Shown: positions 18,465-27,509 of the stretch, one piece after another
Layout: every line of letters begins with the position of its first letter
How positions within the stretch are numbered: the stretch's first letter is position 1
Assembly: GCA_903856085.1 (NCBI GenBank)
Contig: CAIOAT010000003.1
Location: forward strand, 64,318-128,317
Source: Candidatus Omnitrophota bacterium
Lineage (GTDB): Bacteria > Omnitrophota > Omnitrophia > Omnitrophales > Aquincolibacteriaceae
Length of the DNA stretch: 64,000 bases
Direction of reading: 5' to 3'
The notes under the pieces: generated by a model
What the model was told of the DNA's origin: nothing
Seen by the model: the letters and a program-made list of their open reading frames with translations, nothing else
Databases searched by the model: none
Position numbers and translations under genes: made by a program

Positions 18465-19639
18465 AAACAGTCCGCTGTATCCTCCAAACAGGTAAAGAAC
18501 GGCCCGTCAAAAATCGTCATCCCTGGATTTTTTCAGGCGCGATCGATCGGATCGATGAAGGATTCGAGGCGGGTGACCTTGTCCGTGTTTTTTCCGACCA
18601 AGAAGAATTCCTCGGAGTGGGTTATCTCAATCCGGAATCCCAAATCGTGGTGCGCATGCTGACCTTCGAGGATGTGGCGATTGATGAAGCCTTCTTTGAT
18701 GAAAAGATAGCTCGGGCCCTTGAAACCCGTAAGCGGTATATGCCGTCTCGAACAAACGCCTACCGGCTTATTCACTCCGAAGGGGATTTTCTTTCGGGGC
18801 TGACCGTGGATGTCTACGGTGATTTTTTGGTCGCCGAGTTCAACACGGCCGGTATCAATGCTTGGAAATCGGTGATCGTGAAATGCCTTCAAAAATATTT
18901 CCCAGCCCACTCTATCTTTGAACGAAGCGATTCGGATCTTCGTAAATGGGAAGGGCTGAAGCGTTCCGTGGGCGTGCTCTCGGGGAAAGAACCTCCGGAA
19001 GCGATTGAGATCGAAGAACACGGGCTTCTCTTTGGTGTGGATATCCAGGGGGGTCAGAAGACAGGATTTTTTCTTGATCAGCGCGAGAGTCGCGAAGTGG
19101 TACGGGGACTCAGCGCCGGTAAGCGCGTGCTTAATTGTTTTGCCTACACCGGAGGGTTTTCTGTTTACGCGGCCAAGGGTGGCGCCCGCGAAGTCGTTTC
19201 CGTGGAATCGTCTGAACCGGCAGTGGCCATGGGGCGCAAGAATTTCGAAAGGAATCAGCTGGGTGCGGAGCAGAGCGTCTGGGCCCAGCAGGATGTTTTT
19301 GATTACTTGCGCGCAACAAAAAAAGAATTCGATATGATCATTCTCGATCCACCGGCTTTCTGCAAAAGCAAAAATCAAATTCAGCCTGCCGCGCGTGGTT
19401 ATAAGGATATCAACCTGCAGGCCCTCAAACAGCTCCCGAAAGGTGGCCTGCTTTTTACGTTCTCGTGCTCGTCTTACATCACGCCGGACCTTTTTCAAAA
19501 GATCATCTTCGGTGCGGCCTCGGACGCAAAGCGCGATGTGAGGATCCTTAAAAAAACCTCCCATGCGTTCGATCATCCAATCAATATCTATCATCCGGAG
19601 GGGGAATATCTGAAGGGTCTCCTCTGCGAGGTCCTTTGA
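18461..19639 (+). CDS. rlmI: Class I SAM-dependent rRNA methyltransferase (RlmI family)
   Basis: PUA domain HPWIFSG, GQKTGFFLDQR, FAYTGGF, LDPPAF, EGEYLKG. Confidence 0.88.
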   Translation: MKTVRCILQTGKERPVKNRHPWIFSGAIDRIDEGFEAGDLVRVFSDQEEFLGVGYLNPESQIVVRMLTFEDVAIDEAFFDEKIARALETRKRYMPSRTNAYRLIHSEGDFLSGLTVDVYGDFLVAEFNTAGINAWKSVIVKCLQKYFPAHSIFERSDSDLRKWEGLKRSVGVLSGKEPPEAIEIEEHGLLFGVDIQGGQKTGFFLDQRESREVVRGLSAGKRVLNCFAYTGGFSVYAAKGGAREVVSVESSEPAVAMGRKNFERNQLGAEQSVWAQQDVFDYLRATKKEFDMIILDPPAFCKSKNQIQPAARGYKDINLQALKQLPKGGLLFTFSCSSYITPDLFQKIIFGAASDAKRDVRILKKTSHAFDHPINIYHPEGEYLKGLLCEVL

Positions 19640-19641
19640 GC

Positions 19642-19670
19642 TTGACGTTCAAAAGCCAACAGATGATAAT
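19642..19670 (+). promoter_or_regulatory. sigma70-type promoter
   Basis: TTGACG-17-GATAAT upstream of the DUF2934 gene. Confidence 0.55.
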
Positions 19671-19756
19671 CAGACCTTATTCTGCGCATTCGGTTACGCC
19701 CTTTGCGTGCTTTTTTTAGCTCTATCTTAGACAACAAACAACAGGAGGAACAGCAT

Positions 19757-19936
19757 ATGGCAAAGATAACAGGATTAGGGGCGAGTAAGACCTCAGCGCC
19801 GAAGCTCTCGGAGGCGGAGCTCAACGAACGTATTCAAAAAAAAGCCAAAGAACTCTGGGCGCAAAAAGGACATGTTCAAGGCAAAGACCTTGAGATCTGG
19901 CTCGAGGCTGAAAAATCAGTGAAGAGTGGGCGCTGA
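19757..19936 (+). CDS. DUF2934-domain small protein
   Basis: RIQKKAKELW...G...GKDLEIWLEAE pattern; AGGAGG RBS. Confidence 0.75.
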   Translation: MAKITGLGASKTSAPKLSEAELNERIQKKAKELWAQKGHVQGKDLEIWLEAEKSVKSGR

Positions 19937-19985
19937 ATTCCAATCATTTAGGGTGGTTTCGTCAGGAAATCGTAGAAAAACCAGT

Positions 19986-20963
19986 TTACGGAAGTAAAAC
20001 GATTTTCAGAGTTTGTTTGCCGTCAGTGACGAGTTGGAAACCTTCTTGGATTTGTTCGAGCGGAAGTCTGTGGGTGATCATGTCCTTCGCATGGATTTTT
20101 CCTGACTCGATCAGCTTGATCGCTTTTACAAGATCTTCGGGTGCCGCACCGTAAGAAGAAGTTACCGTCATCTCATTCCTCCATAAATCCACGGTCGGGA
20201 GTTGAATATCCGTGTCCGGGATGGCGAAGAGCAGGAGAGTGCCTTTCCGATCGATCGATTGAAACGCCTGTTTCACCGCCGGGAGAGCCCCTGTGCAGAG
20301 AATAACTTTCTCTGCTTTTAAGGAGGGAAGATCCTTCGGGTTGAAAACTTCGTCGGCGCCGTATTCCTTGGCTTTCTCCCGCCTGCATTCTTCCATGTCG
20401 GTGGCAATGACCTTGGCCCCATTTAATTTGGCGACTCGGATATTGAGCAATCCTGAGATCCCGCAGCCCAGGATCAAAACCGTTTGTCCCTTTTTGACGC
20501 CAATGGTTTCTTGGCCCCTGAGTGCACAGGCCAGGGGTTCGATCATGGTACCTTCTTCATAGGAAATATTCTTCGGCAGGACATAGACCCCATGATCGAC
20601 ATTGATCTTCGGGATTCTGACAAATTCACTGTAGCCGCCCGGATCATAATTGCCGGTATGCAGAGTTTCGCAGGCTGTGTGATGACCTTCTTTGCAGTAT
20701 TTGCATTGATAGCAGGGAACGTGGTGGCTGACAAAGACTCTCTGGCCGATCTTGTACTTCGGAGAGTTTGATTCGATGATATCGCCCGTTATTTCATGGC
20801 CCAGGATTCGCGGAGCTTTTTTGATTCGGTACCATTCCATGACGTCTGTGCCGCAGATTCCGCTTGCCTTGATTTTGACCAGGATCTCGCCCCCGCCGAT
20901 CTTGGGGACGGGGCGTTCCTCGATCCGGACGTCGCGGTTATTGTAATAAACGGCTACTTTCAT
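19986..20963 (-). CDS. Zinc-dependent alcohol dehydrogenase family protein
   Basis: GICGTD, GHE, structural Zn CYQCKYC..C, GCGISG. Confidence 0.88.
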   Translation of the reverse strand: MKVAVYYNNRDVRIEERPVPKIGGGEILVKIKASGICGTDVMEWYRIKKAPRILGHEITGDIIESNSPKYKIGQRVFVSHHVPCYQCKYCKEGHHTACETLHTGNYDPGGYSEFVRIPKINVDHGVYVLPKNISYEEGTMIEPLACALRGQETIGVKKGQTVLILGCGISGLLNIRVAKLNGAKVIATDMEECRREKAKEYGADEVFNPKDLPSLKAEKVILCTGALPAVKQAFQSIDRKGTLLLFAIPDTDIQLPTVDLWRNEMTVTSSYGAAPEDLVKAIKLIESGKIHAKDMITHRLPLEQIQEGFQLVTDGKQTLKIVLLP

Positions 20964-20971
20964 GAAGGTGG

Positions 20972-21754
20972 TTACTTTGCCGAAGATTTGTAGATCTTGA
21001 GCGCTTCGCTTACCGAGGCCTTTTCATGAACAACGGCTTTGACCGCCTTCATCATGCCGACGGGATTATCTGATTGGAAAACATTCCGTCCCATGTCGAC
21101 GCCTGCCGCGCCATCCTGGAGGGCGTTGTAAGCCATTTCGAGCGCTGCTTTTTCTTCTATTTTCTTTCCTCCCGCGATCACGACAGGAACGTTCCCGCAG
21201 GCCTCGACGACTTTCTGGAAATCCTGGCAGTAGTAGGTCTTCACCATATGAGCGCCGACTTCTACGCACATCCTGCAGGCCAATCCCAAGTAGCGTGCGT
21301 CCCTCACCATTTCTTTGCCCACCGCGGTGACGGCCAATACCGGAATGCCATAGGCCTCGCCTTGGTTCACAAGTTCTGCAAGGTTTTGAATGGTTTGTTT
21401 CTCATGTTCTCCGCCGACATAAACGGAACAGGTGATTGCGGAGGCATTGATCCGGATGGCGTCTTCAATCGAAGTCGTGATGATCTCGTTGGAAAGTTCT
21501 TTTAAAATGCTCTGGCCTCCCGAGACCCGTAGGACGATGGGCTTATTCATCTCGGCGGGAATCCAGTTTCTGAGGGCCCCTCGCGTGATCATGAGGGCGT
21601 CGGCAAAGGGGAGGAGGGGTTCCACGGTCTTGCCCAGATTTTCAAGACCTGTGGTGGGCCCTTGGAAATAACCATGATCCACTGCCAGCATGACACAGCG
21701 GCCCGATTGTGCGTTCATGATCCTTGAGAATCTGTTTTTCATGCCCCATTCCAC
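20972..21754 (-). CDS. lsrF: LsrF-like class I aldolase/thiolase
   Basis: WGMKNR, MLAVDHGYFQGP, VKTYY, IAGGKK, GVDMGRN; GTG start with AAGGAGG RBS. Confidence 0.88.
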   Translation of the reverse strand: MEWGMKNRFSRIMNAQSGRCVMLAVDHGYFQGPTTGLENLGKTVEPLLPFADALMITRGALRNWIPAEMNKPIVLRVSGGQSILKELSNEIITTSIEDAIRINASAITCSVYVGGEHEKQTIQNLAELVNQGEAYGIPVLAVTAVGKEMVRDARYLGLACRMCVEVGAHMVKTYYCQDFQKVVEACGNVPVVIAGGKKIEEKAALEMAYNALQDGAAGVDMGRNVFQSDNPVGMMKAVKAVVHEKASVSEALKIYKSSAK

Positions 21755-21937
21755 GATAATCCCTCCTTGAGCGATGCAGGTTAGTGATGAGTCGAATATT
21801 CGTGGGATTATACTCCGAGAGCTTTGCACGGTCACCCTCTCTTTTTTTTGTAAGGTGTGCGGCGTAGGGAATACGGCATATAGCGCGTTGCATCGTCAGA
21901 ATTATTTCTTCGCCGTACATGGGGTAGCATCAAAAAA

Positions 21938-21965
21938 TTGTCTAAGTTCGGATTCGTGTTATAAT
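21938..21965 (+). promoter_or_regulatory. sigma70-type promoter giving a probably leaderless nfuA mRNA
   Basis: TTGTCT-16-TATAAT with extended TG; ATG 7 nt downstream; no SD. Confidence 0.6.
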
Positions 21966-21972
21966 CTGCCTC

Positions 21973-22530
21973 ATGAAAGATATCCAAGTCACTACCGAAT
22001 TTACGCCGAATCCGAACTCGCTTAAGTTCAATGTCAACGTTCCCATCTGTACGCATGGGACGGTGCAATTCGCCTCCAAAGCTGAGGCGGGGAAGTCTCC
22101 GCTGGCCGCCAAGCTTTTTGAGATCGAACACGTCAAAGAGGTGATGATCGGCTCCGATATCGTGACCGTGACGCGTGATGAGAAAGTACAGTCCTGGAGC
22201 GTTTTGATCCCGCGCGTGACTGAAACGATACGGGAGTTTCTCGTTTGCGGGAAAACAAGTCCGAAAGCTTGCGAGAAATGTGCGGATGCTACGAATCCGG
22301 GTTCTGCGATCGAAAAAAGGATCATCGAGATCATGGATGAGCAGATCCGTCCAGCTCTCGCTCGGGACGGTGGCGATGCGGTTTTCTGCGGTTTCGAGAA
22401 CGGTGTTGTGAAGCTGCATCTCAAAGGTGCTTGTTCCGGATGTCCGAGTGCCACCATGACGCTCAAGATGGGCATCGAAGCCTACCTCAAAGAGTACATC
22501 CCCGAAGTGAAGGAAGTAGTGCGCGTCTAA
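21973..22530 (+). CDS. nfuA: NifU/Nfu-family Fe-S carrier
   Basis: TPNPNSLKF N-terminal domain; IRPALARDGGD...GACSGCPS. Confidence 0.9.
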   Translation: MKDIQVTTEFTPNPNSLKFNVNVPICTHGTVQFASKAEAGKSPLAAKLFEIEHVKEVMIGSDIVTVTRDEKVQSWSVLIPRVTETIREFLVCGKTSPKACEKCADATNPGSAIEKRIIEIMDEQIRPALARDGGDAVFCGFENGVVKLHLKGACSGCPSATMTLKMGIEAYLKEYIPEVKEVVRV

Positions 22531-22537
22531 TAAAAAC

Positions 22538-22596
22538 CGTACCACGGGCACGAGCTACGTTCGACGTACCCCTTAGCTCGTCGTGGGAGACTTCAC
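22538..22596 (+). mobile_element. Possible non-autonomous IS200/IS605-derived palindromic remnant
   Basis: Imperfect hairpin CCACG-ACGAGCTA.../TAGCTCGT-CGTGG ending in GGGAGACTTCAC, resembling IS605-type right ends. Confidence 0.3.
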
Positions 22597-22653
22597 CCTT
22601 TCTTGAAAATGCCGATATCTAGCCAAGCAGTCGTCTATCATGGGAGGGGAGAT

Positions 22654-22830
22654 ATGGCTAAAAAAGTTCTTCGCAAGCTTTCCGCAGGCAAAGTTACCAC
22701 CTTCAAGCTCCGCAATCGTCGGGGTTATGCTGCCATCTGTATGAATAATCTCACGGAAGGGAATACCGAAAATATTGCCCTTGCGCGTATGGCAAAGGCT
22801 GTTAAACGGATGGGATATCTTCTTTCGTAA
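22654..22830 (+). CDS. Small basic hypothetical protein
   Basis: GGAGGGGAG RBS, 58 aa ORF ending at a terminator. Confidence 0.65.
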   Translation: MAKKVLRKLSAGKVTTFKLRNRRGYAAICMNNLTEGNTENIALARMAKAVKRMGYLLS

Positions 22831-22871
22831 AAAAATACGGAGTACAGCGTTTGTCTGCCGTACTCCGTATT
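22829..22871 (-). terminator. Intrinsic terminator between convergent genes
   Basis: 12-bp stem AATACGGAGTAC/GTACTCCGTATT with an A-tract (U-tail on the minus strand). Confidence 0.7.
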
Positions 22872-22890
22872 CGATATTTCTTGATCGTTC

Positions 22891-23061
22891 TTAGCGGCCG
22901 CTAGCATCCTTGCGCTTCGAGAAACAATCCTTGCAATAGACCGGACGGTCTTCTCTGGGCTTGAAAGGAACTTCACATTCCTTTTTGCATTCGCCGCAAG
23001 TCGCCTTATGCATCTCACGCGGTGCGCCTCCGAAACCACGGCCTTCTCCTTGAAACCCCAT
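22891..23061 (-). CDS. CxxC-x17-CxxC zinc-ribbon protein (56 aa; absent from the ORF track)
   Basis: Hand translation MGFQGEGRGFGGAPREMHKATCGECKKECEVPFKPREDRPVYCKDCFSKRKDASGR; AGGAGGAG RBS. Confidence 0.9.
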   Translation of the reverse strand: MGFQGEGRGFGGAPREMHKATCGECKKECEVPFKPREDRPVYCKDCFSKRKDASGR

Positions 23062-23151
23062 GTTCATCTCCTCCTGTTGGCACTGATGTCAGTGCAGTTG
23101 TGGGAAAAAATTCCCGAAAAAACCATTACGCTTGTGAAACCATACCTGTAA

Positions 23152-23643
23152 CTACCGGGGACCTTTCCGGTGACGGAAAAAAGGTTTATCGCCATGACCA
23201 AAGCCGCGGGATCCTGCGCCTGGTTTTCTGTCAAAGGATCGCTCCGGGCCGGCGCTTCTTTCCCTGGGGCGGTCCTGTGAGAACCCACTTTCGCGAGGTC
23301 GGTCTTGCGAAAATCCGCCTTCGCGAGGCCGGTCCTTTGAAAAACCACTTGACCTGGGACGGTCATGTGAAAATCCGCCTTCCCTTGGGCGATCATGTGA
23401 GAAGCCTTCTCTCCGGGGACTGCGATTGAAGTCTCTTCCGCCGCCGAAGGAAGGACGAAAAGGTTTTGAAAATCGCTTTTCCCTGTCCCGGAACGGTTTT
23501 TCCGGTGATTGACCAATCAAGATATCTATTTTCTTCTCCAAAAAGTTCAGCTGCTGCTGCATCTTTTTGATCAAAGATACAACGTCCGAGTCGGCCGGCG
23601 GGGGAACAGCAATGTCCTCATTTTCTTCCGAATGTTCGCTCAT
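23152..23643 (-). CDS. Hypothetical protein with N-terminal coiled coil and disordered Arg/Gly/Phe/Ser repeats
   Basis: AAGGAG RBS; five GFS(H/K/Q)DRPR repeats. Confidence 0.75.
   Translation of the reverse strand: MSEHSEENEDIAVPPPADSDVVSLIKKMQQQLNFLEKKIDILIGQSPEKPFRDREKRFSKPFRPSFGGGRDFNRSPRREGFSHDRPREGGFSHDRPRSSGFSKDRPREGGFSQDRPRESGFSQDRPRERSAGPERSFDRKPGAGSRGFGHGDKPFFRHRKGPR
23260..23407 (-). repeat. Five imperfect 30-bp coding tandem repeats
   Basis: Units encode GFSxDRPR(E/S)(G/S). Confidence 0.85.
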
Positions 23644-23816
23644 GTTACTTTAGCTCCTTTTGCGTCCGGGTTTTTGTTGAAGAGAAGAGTGGCAGGGCGT
23701 TCCCGAGCGTCCGCACTGACTCGCCATTAGATTTTATGTGTGATTCGTGCATTTCCAATCTTCAATGAAAATTTGAGGAGGATTGGGACGCACTGCATGT
23801 CTCTTTTGTCCGATCC

Positions 23817-24350
23817 TTAATCTTCTCCGGCAAGTGCCAAAGCCGAAAGGACCGAAGGGTTGATTCGCGACGCATGCCCTAGGTTTTTTAGGACTCTGTC
23901 TGCCGTTTTCTTTAAAGTAAGCTTAAACACACAGGAAAGTTCTCCCACAAGTCCTTTGGCCGAACGTTCGAGGGCCTGACGTTTTCTCTGGTCTTTTGCT
24001 TCGAACTTATCGTACGCGAAGGTCTGAAGAGCCCGGGCCAGGCCCCAAGCCTGATCTTGCAGGTTCGAGGATGAATCAGCTGCGGAGCGGCTTTTGCCAT
24101 TTCCAACTTTTAGATAGCGCAGGATCTTATTTGCTTCGCTGCGCGGAACAAGACCGTGAAAACCGGAAATTTCAAGATCTTTGGCCGCAATGACGAAGCG
24201 GGATTTCATTCTAGCGGTTATTTTCGGCACTAATGAATAGGATAGACCCTCTTGACCCGAAGGGCTTGGCCGGGTGACCCTCTCTATGCGGCAAAGGCCG
24301 TGGATCGGATGGTAAAGCAGGTCGCCGTTCGCAAGCTTTTCTTTTTTCAT
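23817..24350 (-). CDS. CarD-family (CarD/TRCF RID domain) protein, divergent
   Basis: GDLLYHPIHGLCRI resembles the CarD N-terminus; C-terminal ALERSAKGLVGELS helix; GAGG RBS before MKKEK. Confidence 0.7.
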   Translation of the reverse strand: MKKEKLANGDLLYHPIHGLCRIERVTRPSPSGQEGLSYSLVPKITARMKSRFVIAAKDLEISGFHGLVPRSEANKILRYLKVGNGKSRSAADSSSNLQDQAWGLARALQTFAYDKFEAKDQRKRQALERSAKGLVGELSCVFKLTLKKTADRVLKNLGHASRINPSVLSALALAGED

Positions 24351-24641
24351 AAGCCTCTTTGTGAAGGTTCTGGGTAGATCATTTTTTCGTGAGGTTTCGA
24401 GTACTGCGTCTATACTCATTTTAAGGGTTCGCAGTACCGTACCGTGTACCCTTAAAAATCAAATAACGCAGTACTGGTATGACTTCAACTAAGACGGGCT
24501 TGTTTCAGTGCTGGTGTCACCTAGGGGATTGCCAAGCTCTATTGTGACGGGAGGCATTATACAACAGTTTTCTTCAAAAGAGTTATTTATTCTATGCCTC
24601 ATGTTTTTACCCCGATTCGATGCCGAGGGCGATGTGTTTCA

Positions 24642-24671
24642 TTGACACCTCTGAACGATCTGCTGTAAAAT
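24642..24671 (+). promoter_or_regulatory. sigma70-type promoter of the trpS operon
   Basis: TTGACA-18-TAAAAT. Confidence 0.6.
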
Positions 24672-24708
24672 CCTCAAAATTCAAAGGTTACGGAGATTTG
24701 CCCTCATT

Positions 24709-25692
24709 ATGTCAACACGCGTTCTAAGCGGTACACGGCCCACGGGAAAACTGCATCTTGGGAACCTTCTCGGGGCTCTGGAAAACTACAAAAAATTGCA
24801 AGGCCAGGACGCTTTTTTCATGATTGCGGATTTGCATGCCCTGACCACGGAGTACGAAGATAAGACCAAGATTGCCGAGAACGTGACGGAAGTCGTGGTC
24901 GATTATCTTGCAAGCGGTCTTGATCCGGAGCAGTGCACGATGTTTGTGCAAAGTGAAGTTCTGGAGCACGCCAATCTCGCGCTGCTTTTTTCAATGATCA
25001 CGCCGCTGGGGTGGTTGGAGCGGAATCCGACTTACAAGGATCAGCTCGCGGAGTTGAAGGGCAAAGACCTTCACACTCACGGCTTTTTGGGATATCCGGT
25101 GCTTCAGGCCGCGGATATAGCGCTTTATAAGGCTGAGAAGGTTCCGGTCGGCGAGGATCAGCTGCCACATCTGGAATTGACGCGCGAAATCATTCGTCGG
25201 TTTTTTCATCTTTATAAGAAGCAGATTTTTCCGGAGCCGGAGGCTGTCTTGACGCATGTGCCAAAAGTGCCGGGGCTCGATGGACGGAAGATGAGCAAAA
25301 GTTATGGCAACTGTATTTATCTCGCGGATTCCAGGGAGGAAGTAACGAAGAAGGTCAAGGCCATGGTGACGGATCCGGCGAGAAAACTGCGTTCGGACAA
25401 GGGACATCCAGAAGTTTGTCCCGTCTATTTTTATCATAAGCTCTTTAATCAAGATCAGGTGGAAACGGTTGCGCGGGAATGCCGGGATGCGGCGCGTGGC
25501 TGCGTGGATTGTAAAATGGAAATGGCTGCGAAATTGAACGGATTTATGGATCCGATACGGGAAAGACGTGAATCATGGATGAAGAAAAAAACGGAAATAC
25601 GGCAGATCCTCGACCGGGGAGCCAAGAGGGCGCGGGAAGTAGCGAGCCAAACCCTCAAGGAAACCCTGCAGGCGATGGGTCTGGTGTCGTAG
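24709..25692 (+). CDS. trpS: Tryptophan--tRNA ligase
   Basis: SGTRPTGKLHLGN, YPVLQAADI, VPVGEDQ, KMSKS. Confidence 0.96.
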   Translation: MSTRVLSGTRPTGKLHLGNLLGALENYKKLQGQDAFFMIADLHALTTEYEDKTKIAENVTEVVVDYLASGLDPEQCTMFVQSEVLEHANLALLFSMITPLGWLERNPTYKDQLAELKGKDLHTHGFLGYPVLQAADIALYKAEKVPVGEDQLPHLELTREIIRRFFHLYKKQIFPEPEAVLTHVPKVPGLDGRKMSKSYGNCIYLADSREEVTKKVKAMVTDPARKLRSDKGHPEVCPVYFYHKLFNQDQVETVARECRDAARGCVDCKMEMAAKLNGFMDPIRERRESWMKKKTEIRQILDRGAKRAREVASQTLKETLQAMGLVS

Positions 25693-26489
25693 CTTCTCCC
25701 GCGACGCCTCCGTCAGAACTCTCTGGGCTCCCGCTTATCCCGGAAGCCGTGAAAGAACACGATCCGCTTCACGTCAAGATCGCGGTCTATGACGGGCCGC
25801 TTGATCTTCTTCTAGACCTCATCCGGAAAAATGAGATGAATGTCTACGACATTCCGGTCGCGGAGATCACGCAGCAGTATTTGGATTATCTGAAAGTGAT
25901 GAAACAGCTGGACCTCGAGGTTGCGGGCGAATTCATCGTGATGGCCGCAACGCTCATCTATATCAAGTCTAAGATGCTGCTGCCCACGGATAAGGATGAG
26001 GAAGAAGGCGACGGCGAGGATCCGCGCGCGGAACTCGTGCGCAAACTACTCGAGTATCAGGCCTTCAAGGAAGCAGCCAAGGAACTCGGGCTGCTTCAGA
26101 CCGAACGCGGCAAGGTGTTCACGCGTCAGATCACGGATTATTATTTGGGAGAGCTGGATCCCGAGGACGTGGGCGTGGATACGTTCAGCGCGAATTTTTT
26201 CGATCTCATCGTTGCGTTCCAGAACGTGCTGGCAAAAAAAGAGCCCAAAAGTCAGCATGAGGTTTTTGAAGAAGTTATCTCGATCGAAGAAAAGATGATC
26301 CAGATCCAGGCTTATCTCGAAGAGAAAAAGAAGGTCTCGTTTAACGATCTTTTTTCGGAGCGCTGGACGAGGAACGAACTCATTGCGACGTTCCTGGCGA
26401 TCCTCGAACTTGTAAGGACACGTTTCGCCTGGGTGCGGCAGGATAAGCAGTTCGGCGAGATCGTCATTGAAAAACGGGAAGAGAATTAG
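25575..26489 (+). CDS. scpA: Segregation and condensation protein A (start uncertain; alternative GTG at 25749)
   Basis: YDGPLDLLLDLI, AGEFIVMAATL..IKSKMLLP, TFLAILEL. Confidence 0.9.
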   Translation: MDEEKNGNTADPRPGSQEGAGSSEPNPQGNPAGDGSGVVASPATPPSELSGLPLIPEAVKEHDPLHVKIAVYDGPLDLLLDLIRKNEMNVYDIPVAEITQQYLDYLKVMKQLDLEVAGEFIVMAATLIYIKSKMLLPTDKDEEEGDGEDPRAELVRKLLEYQAFKEAAKELGLLQTERGKVFTRQITDYYLGELDPEDVGVDTFSANFFDLIVAFQNVLAKKEPKSQHEVFEEVISIEEKMIQIQAYLEEKKKVSFNDLFSERWTRNELIATFLAILELVRTRFAWVRQDKQFGEIVIEKREEN

Positions 26490-26574
26490 TATAAAAGGTA
26501 ACAGTCTGTTATTTAAGATCGGTCCATCGCTTAATCTTCCGACAGTGAAGAGATAAAATTTAACAGGAGAGGGT

Positions 26575-26614
26575 ACGGGGAACGGAGAACGCTGAACGTA
26601 AAAGCTTTTACGTT
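26575..26614. repeat. Four 7-nt ACGnnnA units ending in a perfect 20-bp palindrome
   Basis: ACGGGGA ACGGAGA ACGCTGA ACGTAAA; AACGTAAAAGCTTTTACGTT at 26595-26614. Confidence 0.7.
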
Positions 26615-26629
26615 TCTCGATTTTAACTT

Positions 26630-27508
26630 ATGAAAATGACTGCAGCGCAGGAACGGGAAAAGCAAGCCAAACTCAAGAGTTTGCGCAAGGAGCTGGATCA
26701 GGAGATCCAGGAGCAACTTGAGGAAAAGAATGCTCTCGAGGGTTTGACGGGGGCCCAAAAATTCCAGATTGAATCTTTGCGTGAAGAAGATCTTCAGGAT
26801 CCGAAGAAGGCCAAGCTTGTGGTGGAAGCCCTTATTTTTGCGTCTTCGAAGCCACTGACACCCGCCGAGATCCGCAAGGTCACGAAGGTTCTGAGCGTGG
26901 CTCAGATCGAGAAGATCGTGGCGGAGCTGAAAGAAGATTATCAAAAAACGGAACGTTGTTTCGAACTCTTGGAGATCGCGGGCGGGTATGAACTCTCGAC
27001 CCGGAGAGAATTTGCACCGTGGATCCTGAAGATCGAGTTGCAACGCAAAGCGCGTCAGGCGACGCAGTCGGCGCTTGAGACGCTGGCGATCCTGGCTTAC
27101 AAACAACCGCTTACGCGCGCCGAGATCGAGGCTTTGCGGGGGGTGGACACGAGCGGTGTGCTGAATACTCTTATGGAAAAGAATTTCATTAAGATCACGG
27201 GCAAGAAAGAAGTCCCCGGGAGACCGTTTATGTACGGAACGACGGAAAAATTCCTGGAACATTTTGGTCTCAAAGCGCTTGTGGACCTTCCGAGCATCGA
27301 TGAGATCCGTCAAATGGTGGATAGCTCCGTGAAGAAGGAAGAGTTGATCGGAACGAAGAAGATCGTGGACGTGCCTCAGGAGGGCGTGCCACAGGACCAA
27401 ACACAGCAGGACCTGTCGGAAGACAGGACGTCAACTTCTGAAGCCCCGGCAGAAGCGTCGCAGGCGACGGGAGAGGCGACACCCAGTGAGAGCGAGGAAA
27501 AACTTTAA
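26630..27508 (+). CDS. scpB: SMC-Scp complex subunit ScpB
   Basis: EALIFAS, ALETLAILAYKQPLTRAEIE.LRGV, GRPFMYGTT.KFL.HFGL. Confidence 0.94.
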   Translation: MKMTAAQEREKQAKLKSLRKELDQEIQEQLEEKNALEGLTGAQKFQIESLREEDLQDPKKAKLVVEALIFASSKPLTPAEIRKVTKVLSVAQIEKIVAELKEDYQKTERCFELLEIAGGYELSTRREFAPWILKIELQRKARQATQSALETLAILAYKQPLTRAEIEALRGVDTSGVLNTLMEKNFIKITGKKEVPGRPFMYGTTEKFLEHFGLKALVDLPSIDEIRQMVDSSVKKEELIGTKKIVDVPQEGVPQDQTQQDLSEDRTSTSEAPAEASQATGEATPSESEEKL

Positions 27509-27509
27509 T

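Noticed and set aside
23260-23407. 30-bp periodic repeats as a possible CRISPR array
   Set aside because: No unique spacers, in-frame coding repeats with synonymous variation, and no cas genes.
25575-25692. 118-nt overlap of scpA with trpS as a dual-coding region
   Set aside because: The N-terminal extension is low-complexity and a downstream GTG start (25749) is possible; it cannot be resolved from sequence alone.
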